Positions 11,953-22,918 of a stretch of DNA of 64,000 bases are shown here, one piece after another. Below the pieces are notes generated by a model. It saw only the letters and a program-made list of their open reading frames with translations, searched no databases and was not told where the DNA came from. Positions within the stretch are counted from its first letter, which is position 1, and each line of letters begins with the position of its first letter. The stretch covers positions 1,302,001-1,366,000 of the forward strand of contig OZ251241.1 in the NCBI GenBank assembly GCA_965240325.2, in the 5' to 3' direction. Source of the DNA: Rebecca billardiae RCC1528 (Eukaryota > Protista > Haptophyta). Position numbers and translations under genes: made by a program.

Positions 11953-12278
11953 GTTGTCAGACGGACGTCCGATTTGACGACCGGTGCCGGGTGCGGTCTC
12001 AGGTCCGCTGCTGTGATTGTGTGAATAAGTGTGAATGAGTCTCGCGGTCGCGCAGGCAGGGCGACGGTCGGACTATAATATAGCTTCAGTCATCTCAGAA
12101 CCGACTTCAACTGGCGAACTGCCACTACGGCGGAGAGCCGCGATTGCACGGCCACCGCGGGCCCCCAACTGCGTTGATTCTATGCAGAAAAGGACCGCGG
12201 AACGCGGTCATAATATATATACTAATTTCAGTGGTTCGTCATGCATCATCATCATTAATCGTCGCGTAGTTATTATTA

Positions 12279-12413
<135 letters not shown>

Positions 12414-12424
12414 CCGCCGCGTCA

Positions 12425-15400
12425 TCAGCTCGGGTGGTGGTGGTGGCGCCGGAAGCTGTCGCCGCAGTGATGGTGCCACCCGCCGTGCGCAGCGCCGAGC
12501 AGCGCGCCGGCGCCGTGCGCCTCGGCCGCGTCGCCGCGCGGGCCAGGCGCGCGCGGCGATCCTGCGCGCGGGCTCCCGGCGCGCGGGCTCCCCGAGCGGA
12601 ACATGCCGCCGAGCGCGCCGCCCCCGCCCTGCGCGCGCAGTGCCGCCACCACCTCCTGCTGCGCGCCGACCAGCTCCGCCAGCCCCTCCCTCAGCTCGCG
12701 CACCTCGTGGCCCAGGCTCTCCATCTCGGTCGTGAGCGCGCGCGTGCGCTCGCCAATGTCCTCCTGGCGGAGGCGGGGCGGGGGCGGGGCGGGGGGCGGG
12801 CGGGCGAAGCGTGAGGTGCTGCGCGGCCGTCGAGAGGCGCGCGCGCGCGCACCTTGAGCGAGTTGAGCTGGCCCGGCCACGCGGACGCGGACGAGCGATT
12901 GCGCGCGACCGTGCGCAGCACGTGTGTCCACGCCGTGCGCTCGGCGGTGCGCGCTCTGTAGAAGGGCGTCATCAAGTTGTAGTAGCCGAGGGTGAGCCGG
13001 CCGCGCAGCCGCATCTCCGCCACCAGCCGCTGCTCCTGGATCATCGCGTAGCTGCGCGCGCGCGCGCGGCGGCGGGCGGCGGCGACGTCGGCAGGTGGCA
13101 GGTGGCTCACGGCGGCGCGTGCCGCGGCGCACGAGCGCTCGCGCGCGCGCGCGTGGCGCAGCGGGCGGCTGCGCGCGCGGCGCACGCCGCGCGGCCGCGC
13201 GCACGAGTCGCCGAGCAGCGCGATGAGCGCGTTGAGCATGATCACGCCGATGGCGATCATGAACATGACCCACACCAACTTGGCCAGCCGCGCGGCGTAC
13301 GCGTCGTCCAGCACCGTGATCTCGAACTCGCCTGCGGCGGCGCGCGGCGGCGGCGGTGGTGCGCGGCCGCGGCAGCAACGCGCGTGCGCCGGGCATGCTC
13401 GTTTGGTGGCGCGCGGCGCGGCGGGGGAAGCGCGCGGCGGCGCACGCCCGGCGGCGGCCTCGGCGCGCGCGCGCGCGAGAGAGAGAGCGCGCGCACCGAA
13501 CAGCCCCATGCCGAACGTCGAGAGGAAGGCGGAGGGCAGGTCTCGGAACAGCGCCTGGCCGTCCACGTCGTCCGCGCCCGCCGCCGCGTCTCGCGCGAGC
13601 ACGGCGCGCAGCAGCCGGCGCTCGGCCGGCGTCGCGGCGGGGTCGTCGGCGGTGGGCCTGGCGTCGGCGGCGGCGGGCGCGCTCGCGCCGAGCCCGCCGA
13701 TGAGCAGCATGAAGGCCTGGCCGAACGAGTAGAGCGCGAGCGTGACGATGAGGAAGAAGCCGCGCATGTCCTCGACGTTCTGAAGCAGCACCATCACCAG
13801 CCAGCCGGTCAGCTCAAACCCCTGCATGCGCTGCAGCATCTGCACGCCGAGGCAGAGGCTGCCGCCCGCGAGGAGGACGCGCGCCCAGAGCAGCGGCGCG
13901 CCCTCGTACGCGCACGCCTCGTCGGGCCCCGCCCCGCCCGCGGGCAGCGCCGCGTACGGCAGCGCGCGCGCGCACGAGCGCTCGAGCAGCACCGCGGCCG
14001 CGGGCAGCACGGCGCCGCACACGTCCAGCCAGTTGAACGGGTTGAGCACGTACGAGGCGAAGCCGCGCTCGTACCAGAAGGAGGCGCCAAACTGCATGGC
14101 CTCGCCGAGGAGCGCGAGAGCGGACATGAAGAGCAGGCCCCAGCCGCCGAGCGACGCCGCCGCGTCCAGGTCCCACTCGAGCACGTCCGCGCGCGCGAGC
14201 GCGGCCAGCTCGGCCGCCGCGTCGTCCTCCGCCGCGGCCGACTCGAGCGCGCCCTCGCCCGCCCACACGCGCGCGAGCGCCGCCCAGGGCGAGGCGCCGC
14301 TGGGCGCGTCGGTGCGGTGGCCGCCGACGACGAGCGAGGCGTACGCAGTGAGCGTGCCGCAGTGCACCAGCGTGATCGCCGCGTTGCGCATGTGCACGCG
14401 CCAGAACATCGAGCTCCACTGCGTCGCGATCACCGCGCGCATCGTCGGGTTGTCCAGCGCCGCGCGCGAGTCGAGGGACAGCAGGGCGGCGAGCGGGCGC
14501 GGCGAGCCGAGGTAGGGCACGGCGACGCGCAGCGGGAGCACGTCGACGCCGATGCGCAGCGGCGCCTCGCCGCTCGTCGGCGCGGGCATGCACTGCGCGA
14601 ACGGCGCGATCACGCGCCGCTCCAGCCAGCCGCGCACGCCGCCGGCCGCTCGGTACGAAGCGGACGTCGACACGATCTCCGCCTGCACGCGCGCGTACGT
14701 GGCCGGCGCGATGCGGCCGGCGGTCTGCAGCGCCGAGCGGCCGGTGTCGGCGATGGAGAGGCGGCGGCGGGGCTTGGCGGCGGGGGGCGAGCCGGCGCGC
14801 CTGAGCCCGCCGCCGAGCGCCTCGCCCGCGTGCCCGTCCCCGCGCGGCGAGCCCTGCTCCGAGCCCATGCCGCCGGCTGTGAGCAGTGCGTTGTCGGAGT
14901 CGCGCGCCGGGTCGTCCGCGAGCGCGAGCGCGCGCGCCTCCTCCGCCGCCGCGTCCGCGTCGGCGCGGCTCCAGCGCGCGGCGCGCGCGCGGCGCGCGCG
15001 GCGGTACTTGGAGAGGTCCGGGTCGTACTCGAGCCAGATCGTCGTGCCCGCCCCGCCCGGCGTCGCGTGCTGCGTGCTCAGCTCGTCCTGCGTGAGCGCG
15101 CTCCCGTCGGCGTTGCACGCGACCGCGACGGCCGCGCCCGAGCGCTCGAGCGGCAGCGCCTCGAGGAAAGAGACGACCGCGCCGCCCATCTTGAGGTGGA
15201 TGATGCGCGGGACGAGCGAGCGCGCGATCACGGCGCGGAGGGAGAGCGGCGCGCGCGCGCCCGCGAGCAGCAGCACGTGCAGCGTGCGCGTGTCGCGCAG
15301 CCGCATCGCCACGTCGAAGGTGGGGTGCAGCCCGCGCGCGCTCGGCAGCACGGACAGCGCGGGCGCGCGCTCGCACACGGCCGCGACCGCGGCGCGCTCG

Positions 15401-15780
15401 GCGCGCGCGGCGAGCACGTCGAGCGGGCGCGCGGTGGTCTCGCCGCGCGGGAGGACCTGCAGCTCGGACTCGCCCGCCGGCAGCACGTTCAGCCCGATGC
15501 GCGGGTGCGCGCCCACCAGCGCCGCCATCGCCGCCGCGCGCGCCGCCCACGCCTCCGCCGCGCCCAGGCCGGCCGACGGCGCGAGCGGCGCGCCGCGGCG
15601 CGCGCCCGCGCCGCCCGCGCCGCCCGCCGATGCGGACGGCTCGGCGCCGCCCGCGCCGCCCGCGTCGCGGCGCGTGCGCAGCGCGCGGAACGCGCCCGAC
15701 GTGTGCTGCCGCCCGCGCGCCGCCGCCGTGAGCATGGAGCGCGAGCTCGAGTGCCGCCCCATGCCGCCATGCGACTCGGA

Positions 15781-15816
<36 letters not shown>

Positions 15817-18800
15817 GCCGCCGCCACCGCCGCCCGCGCCACCGCCGCCCGCGCCACCGCCGCCCGCGCCCACCGCCGCGCCGAGCGCGACGGGCGGCGT
15901 GACGCGCAGCATCGGCGCCGCGTCGATGGGCTCGAGCAGCCCCGAGCGCGAGCCGTCCACCACGTGCACGAACACGCGGTCCGACGCGTCCGCCAGTGTC
16001 GAGCCGTCGGCCGAGAGCGAGAGATGCGCGGGCGCGCGCGCGCGCGCGCCGCCCGCGCGCGAGAGGACGAGCCCAGACTCGGCGTGGAGGACGAGGATGG
16101 CGCCGCCGCGCGTGCCGACGGCGAGGGTGACGTCGTCCGGCGCCCAGCACACCGCCGTCGCCCAGCCGTCCAGCGGCACCACCAGCGTCGCCTCGAGGCT
16201 GTCAGGGTCGACGAGCGCGAGTGTGCGCGCGCCGCCGGCCGCGAGGAGGTGGCCGCGGTGCGAGAGCGCCGCCACGCTCGCGCGCCGCGCGCCGAGGGCG
16301 TGCATCAGGTCGGCGGTGCAGACGCGCAGCCGGTCGTGCCGCGCGATGGCAGACGGGCCGAACGGCCGCCACGCGTGCCGCGGGAACGCGCGGTGCAGCC
16401 GCAGCAGCCAGCCCTCGCCGCGCGGCCGCTCGGCCAGGATGCTCACGCGCACGTCCGACGACGACGCGTCCGCGGCCGGAGGGCGCGTCACGCGCGCGTT
16501 GGCGGGCAGGCCGCCGATTGACATGGCGCGCGCGCGCGCGGAGAAGCCGCGCGCGCTGGGCGGCGTCTCCGGCGTGCGCGGCCGCGCGCCGAGCGAGATG
16601 CCCGGCACGCCGCTCTCCCTGCCGTCGGAGCGGGCAAGTGCCGCCCCGAGCAGACCGAGCCGCTGCTCGTCGCCCGAGCCGCCGCCGCCGAGGCCGGCGC
16701 GTGCGCCGAGGACGCTGCCCGCGCGCTCGGCGGAGGCGGGGAGCACCGAGCAGATGGCGACGCGCTCGGCGAACGCGATCGCGAGCCGCGAGCCGTCGGC
16801 GGACCAGCGCAGCCCGCCGTCGTCCACCTCGCCGGACTCGGGTGTGCCGTGCACGTCCGCCACCGAGCTGAACGCGTCCGGCACGAACGGCGCGGACGCG
16901 CGCCTGAACGCGCCGCTGCCGTGCGCGGAGGAGGCCGGCTGGTGGGAGTGGGAGTGGCCGCCGTGGTGGAACGACGCGCTCTGCTGCTGCGCGGAGCTGA
17001 ACGAGGCGGCCAGCCCGAGCACGGGCGGCAGCGCGAGCATCGCCCGCGCCGTCGGCGACGCGGACGCGCGCGTCGTCCGGCGCGTGGCGCTGCGCGCGCC
17101 CGCCGCGCCGTGCCCGGTGGCCGGGACGCGCCGGACGATACTCACGTGGGTACCGTTCCCTATCGCCAGCATCGTGCCGTCGGGCGACCACGCGAGCGCC
17201 GTGACCACCAAGCCGCGCTCGATCGTGGTCTGCGCGGTGGGCGGCGCAAGCGGCTGCGCCGCGCCGCCGTCGCGCCCGGCGCCGTCCGCGCCTGCTGCCG
17301 CGGCCGCGCGCTGCTCTGCCCCAGCCCCCGCCGCGCCGCCGTCGGTGGCAGCGGCGCCCGTGGCACCGGCGGCGCCCTGCCCGGCGGCCGCCCCGTCCGC
17401 CGCCGGGCCGAAGAGGATGTGCACCTTGTCCTCCGCCGCGTACGCGAGCGCGCGGCCGTCGGGCGAGAGCGCGAGCGCGCCGACCATCCCGCGCACCGCG
17501 CTGCTGCCGTGCAGCGAGGACACCCACAGCCGCTCGCGCGCGGGCTGCAGCTCGTGCAGGCGCACCCTGCGGGCACGCGGGCGCGCGGCGCGCGCAAGAG
17601 CGCGCGGGCGCGGCGCGGCGGCGCGGCGGCGCGCGGCCGTCAGCACGCGCCGCGCGGCAACGGGGCGGGAGCGAGTGCGAGCGCGCGCGCGCGCTCCTCC
17701 GCCCGGCGCGCAGCCGCGCGTGCCGCGGCGCGGCGCTCCGCGCGCGCACTCGAACGCGCTCTTGACGAGTAGCCACCGCCCGTCCGGCGTGAACGCCGCG
17801 CGGAGCCTCGGCGTGGCCGACTCCGAGTCTGTGAGGTCGGAGACGATCGCGCCGTCCGGCCACGACAGCAGGAGCAGCCGCGCGCCGGTGCTCACGGCGA
17901 GGTGCGAGCCGTCGGGCGCCCACGTGACCGTCGCGCTCCCCGGCGGCAGCGGCACCTCCGCGTGCACGCCCCAGTGCGGGTGCCCGTCCAGCACCATCAG
18001 CGTGTGCTCGCCCACGCCCACGCACGCCAGCTGCGCGTCGGTGGGCGAGAAGGCGAGGGACGCGACGATGCCCGCGCGCTCGAGGGAGGCGAGGGGCTCG
18101 AGGTGGCGCGAGCCGGCGGAGGTGGGCGGCGCGTGCGACGCGGACGGCTCCGCGCCGTCCGCCGGCAGCGCGCCGCCGCCCCGCGCCGCCGCCGCCGAGC
18201 CGGGCAGCAGCGCGTACACGGCGACGCGATGCCCCGCGCCCATCGCGAGCATGTGCCCGGCGTGCGACCACGCGAGCGCGGACGGGCTGAGGCGGCCGAG
18301 GGCGGTGAGGTCGTGCAGCGCGAGGAGGCGGCGGGAGGCGTCGAACACCGCGATCGAGTGGTCCGCCGCGCCGACCGCGAGCCGCGCGCCGTCGTCGGAG
18401 AGCGCGAGGCAGAGCACGGCCGAGCTGCGCTGCAGGTGGCCGCGCAGCCGCCTCAGCGTCTTGTCGTAGAGCCACACGTCGACGGTGCCGGGCACGAAGG
18501 CGACGACGAGCTCGCCGCCGCCCGAGATGGCCACGCGCGTCGGCCCGGTCACGGGGAGCGACGTCACCTTGATCGCCGGCTGCGCGTGCCGCAGCGTCTC
18601 GACGGCGATGACCGCTAGCTTGCCCCCGCGAGAGCCGAGCACGACGTGCGTGCCCCTGGCGGAGAGGTCCATCGAGAAGAGCATGCCGATGGACGGGTCG
18701 ACGGCCGCGGCGAGCGTGCTGCTCTCGTCCCGCTCGGTGCGCTCCGCGCGGCGCACGATCGGCGCGTTGAGCGCGTCGAGCTCGTCGTCCTCGTCCTCGT

Positions 18801-18948
18801 CGATCGGCCGGCGCGGCGTCAGCTCGTAGTGCAAGCCGGGCTGCGAGCCGATTTGGTCGGGTAGCGACGGGGTGCGCCGACGCGACATGCGAAAGCGCAC
18901 GCGCGGCGACATCGACGACGTGCCCGACGGGAGGCTCGACGCCCGCAT
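12425..18948 (-). CDS. WD40-repeat + TRP-type cation channel fusion protein; ~5 exons
   Basis: N-terminal WD-like repeats ([58 protein letters not shown]). C-terminal channel: [48 protein letters not shown], pore [18 protein letters not shown]|EFE, S6 [13 protein letters not shown]|Y, then a coiled coil. GT-AG introns near 17749-17567, 13496-13332, 13205-13052 and 12852-12766. Confidence 0.85.
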
Positions 18949-19217
18949 CACTGCGCTCTGAAATCAAGGCGGCGACTGCCCACGCTGGTCACGCCGGCAT
19001 CGCCCGGCCTGCTCGCGCGCGCAGAGCCGCAGAATACGAGCACTGGCGAGTGGGCAAGAGGAGCACTGCTGTGCCAAGGCTGTGCATGCCTCCCGTGCGT
19101 CCACCGGCTGGAATCTTGGCGTCAATCACGCCTTAACCAAGTGTGCACGTTAAAACATAGTAAACTGTAGCGCTCACCCCCTCGCCCGACGGCAGCGCTA
19201 AATCAGCCCGGGCCGAT

Positions 19218-21358
19218 TTAAGCTTATCTCAGCCCGGGCCGATTTAAGCGCTTAAATCGGCCCGGGCTGAGATAAGCTCGCGCGGAGCTTATCTCAGCCC
19301 GGGCTGAGATAAGCGCTTATCTCAGCCCAGCGGCTCGATCGACTTGGCCACCGTCGACTCGGAGCGCACGCCGTGCGGTGCAGCCCGCCCCCTTCATGGC
19401 TGCGCGCGCTGCTGTGTCTTCGGTGGCCACAGGGTGAAGTGGAAGTGCGCTGAGCCTGGTAACGGACGCCCAGCTCCGCCCACCCCCTTCTCCCTGGGCC
19501 GCCCCGCCTGCCCTTGCCCGCATCGGATACTTTGCTCGCGCAGGCCGTTCGCGCGTTGCGGCGTGTGCATGCCCACCTTGGCTTACTTGCCGGTAACGCT
19601 CGAAGCTGGATCAATCAATCATCGCGATCCCGTCAGATCGAAACGATCCCTTCGTGCGGCGCACTACTCTGCGCGTGGCTACTGGTTCAAGACCGAGCCC
19701 AGACCATGACAGGCTGACAGCCGTGGCGTGCCGGGCTCGCTGCGTCTGAAGTCTGGCACTCCGGCAGAGTAATACTCTGTCGACGGTCGTGGCGCCGCAG
19801 TTGGTGGGCTCACTGGCGCCGTCGCGCTCGCAGCTGTCGGCGCGCTTGGCGAGCACGCCAAGGTCGCCGCGCGCACCGTGGTCCGCGTGCACACAACGGC
19901 CGCCGCCCGCGCCGCAGCCGTCTTGCGCGCCGCGGCCGGCGAGCGCGCTGCGGCTGCCACGCGCGCTGCGGCCGGTAAGTGTATTACGGCGGCAGACCAG
20001 CGCGCCGCGTCCATCTCGCGCACCGCAGCCGTCTCGCGCGCCCGGCCGACCAGCGCGCTGCGCCCGTCGCGACCGTCGCAACCGAAGGCGAGTCGGCCTG
20101 GCGGTCGTGGCGGATCGAGCGTGCCGCCGCGGCTAGTGAGCGCGCCGCGGCCGTCGCGGATGGCGCGGCCGTGGCTTGCGCCGCCGCGACCGGTGAGCAG
20201 GCCGTGGCCAGCGAGCGCGCTTGGCGGTAGTGCTTGGGCACTTGGCGGCAACAGGCTGCAGGACAAGGGACAGCAGGCCGGCGCAGCGCGCCCCGGCGGC
20301 GCGCGCCGGCATGCCCGGCATCATATTCCGATATACTGTATACCACCGCCAACTATACCGTATACGACGACCAGACGATGACGAATCCTATACGACTACT
20401 GTCGTCCGGCGCCACTCAAGAGTCTCTCTGTCTCTATAATCTACTATACGTGAGCGCATGATCAGCCACGACCGCCAGGCCGACTCGCCTTCGGTTGCGA
20501 CGGTCGCGACGGGCGCAGCGCGCTGGTCGGCCGGGCGCGCGAGACGGCTGCGGTGCGCGAGATGGACGCGGCGCGCTGGTCTGCCGCCGTAATACACTTA
20601 CCGGCCGCAGCGCGCGTGGCAGCCGCAGCGCGCTCGCCGGCCGCGGCGCGCAAGACGGCTGCGGCGCGGGCGGCGGCCGTTGTGTGCACGCGGACCGCAG
20701 CGCGCGCGGCGACCTTGGCGTGCTCGCCAAGCGCGCCGACAGCTGCGAGCGCGACGGCGCCAGTGAGCCCACCAACTGCGGCGCCACGACCGTCGACAGA
20801 GTATTACTCTGCCGGAGTGCCAGACTTCAGACGCAGCGAGCCCGGCACGCCACGGCTGTCAGCCTGTCATGGTCTGGGCTCGGTCTTGAACCAGTAGCCA
20901 CGCGCAGAGTAGTGCGCCGCACGAAGGGATCGTTTCGATCTGACGGGATCGCGATGATTGATTGATCCAGCTTCGAGCGTTACCGGCAAGTAAGCCAAGG
21001 TGGGCATGCACACGCCGCAACGCGCGAACGGCCTGCGCGAGCAAAGTATCCGATGCGGGCAAGGGCAGGCGGGGCGGCCCAGGGAGAAGGGGGTGGGCGG
21101 AGCTGGGCGTCCGTTACCAGGCTCAGCGCACTTCCACTTCACCCTGTGGCCACCGAAGACACAGCAGCGCGCGCAGCCATGAAGGGGGCGGGCTGCACCG
21201 CACGGCGTGCGCTCCGAGTCGACGGTGGCCAAGTCGATCGAGCCGCTGGGCTGAGATAAGCGCTTATCTCAGCCCGGGCTGAGATAAGCTCCGCGCGAGC
21301 TTATCTCAGCCCGGGCCGATTTAAGCGCTTAAATCGGCCCGGGCTGAGATAAGCTTAA
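19218..21358. mobile_element. 2.1-kb near-perfect palindrome (894-bp arms, ~350-bp spacer) bounded by TTAA, nested in the left TIR of the 19190-24909 element
   Basis: 19218-20111 mirrors 20465-21358 with a constant coordinate sum (no net indel) and about 3 mismatches seen. Mirrored ORFs in the track confirm this. TTAA at 19218-19221 and 21355-21358. Confidence 0.9.
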
Positions 21359-22828
21359 CACAGCGCAGGATCGCCCGCCAGCCACGACCGTAAGCTAATT
21401 CGGCGAACCCATTAAAAAAATGCGATAACTGCCGACCCGGCTCCCTCGCCGGCAGTTGGACGCGGCCGGCGGACGGCCGGAGGCGAATTGGTCGAGCGCT
21501 TCGCGATGTCGTCGAAATCGCCCATCGCGCGACGAACGTCGCCAGCTGGCGTCGGCCTGGGACCGAGCGGCTTGGCTGGGCCGCGATGGTGCGTGCGCTT
21601 CAGCTGCGCAATACAGTTCCCCGCATTTGCGGCGCGGCGCAGGAATCGCTCCGCCGCATCCATCGTCCACCTGCACCCCGTTTGCACGCGCGGCCATGAT
21701 TTGAACATTCGCGCGCGCGAAGGCGCGCACAGCGCCGAGCCCCTTGGAGATGCGGGTCTGGCGAATAAGTGGCGATGGGCGGGATCGGAGTGTAGATGCC
21801 CAAAATGCGCATCACGTATCCTGCATCTGACGCGTTCACCATGCACGCGCGCCCTTTCTGCTGCTCGCCTGCATGTGGCCGCATCTGCCCGCCGCCGCGG
21901 ATCGCCGCGCGCGCAGACACTTGGCGTGAAAGAAGGGCGGGGAGAAGGACGTGCGAGGTCTAATGCCGCATACGAAGGGCCCCTCGATGCATTTTCACCG
22001 GTACACCAACCAGATCACACAGCAGAGCGTGCTCGCGCGGCAGAAGCGCACTGTTTGTGGAGCTCGCGCGAGGCGGTCGAGGCGGCATGGCAGGCGATGT
22101 GTGGGTCTGGTAGCGCTCTGGCGACGGCGATGAACGCGTTGCACGTCGCGCTCCTCGTTATCTGCATGTCCGCGTGCAGCGCCGCCCTCTTCGTCGCGCA
22201 GGTGCGCAAGATTCATGAGCGGCTGCGGCGTGACTCGGCGACGTGACCGGTCAGGGGCAAGCTGCTTACTGCTGTCGCCTGCAGTACCGTTCCTGAGAAC
22301 CCAGCCTTCCTCGGCCTCGACGCACGCGGCGAGCGCGCAGCCCTAGGCGGCGTGCCGAACAGACTTGGCCTGCTCGTTCAGCGCGGTCATCTCGCTCAAG
22401 TTCATGCACAACGGCGAGGTCGTACTTGCGCTCGTCAACCTCACCACGGCCGTGTCCGAGCCCAACGTGCAGCCCGTGACGACCGTTGCCGCTCGGCGGG
22501 ACGGTCCGGCATCCCGTGTCACAGCTCAGCCGCTCTGTGCCCGGACCGCGCGGGCCGCGCGGCTCGCCGCCGTTGAAGCTCCGCCGCCGCCGCAGCAGCC
22601 AGCGCAGCAGTCGGCGGCGCGACGGCTGCCGCCGCTGCCGCCGGCGCCGCGGCTCGCTCGCTGCACGAGACAGACAGAAGTCGGCGCGCGCCACCAGTCG
22701 TCGCAGCGGTCCGTACCGGCGCGATCCTCGCGTGAGGCCATCATGAGAGCTGACTACGGGGACTCTCACTCGCCGCCGGGTCACAATGGCCGAGCGGCCG
22801 CGGCCGCGGCAGGGCGGGTCACCGGTGG

Positions 22829-22918
22829 CGCGGGTGCCAGTAGCTACCGCCCGGGTGCCAGTAGCTACTGGCACCCGGGGCCTAGCTAGTATCTATAGTA
22901 TAGCTACTGGCACCCGCG
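22829..22918. repeat. Miniature fold-back with an internal 28-bp perfect palindrome
   Basis: CGCGGGTGCCAGTAGCTA ... TAGCTACTGGCACCCGCG, with CCGGGTGCCAGTAGCTACTGGCACCCGG at 22851-22878. Confidence 0.8.

Noticed and set aside
12811-18967. Very long overlapping ORFs (e.g. 12811-16521+, 14552-18469+, 42203-45634-, 52506-56696-) as separate genes
   Set aside because: These are Arg/Ala/Gly-rich shadow frames caused by extreme GC and scarce stop codons. Recognisable domains occur in only one frame per locus.
19294-21282. Duplicated small ORFs in the palindrome arms as a gene pair
   Set aside because: They are mirror images produced by the inverted repeat and have no recognisable domains.
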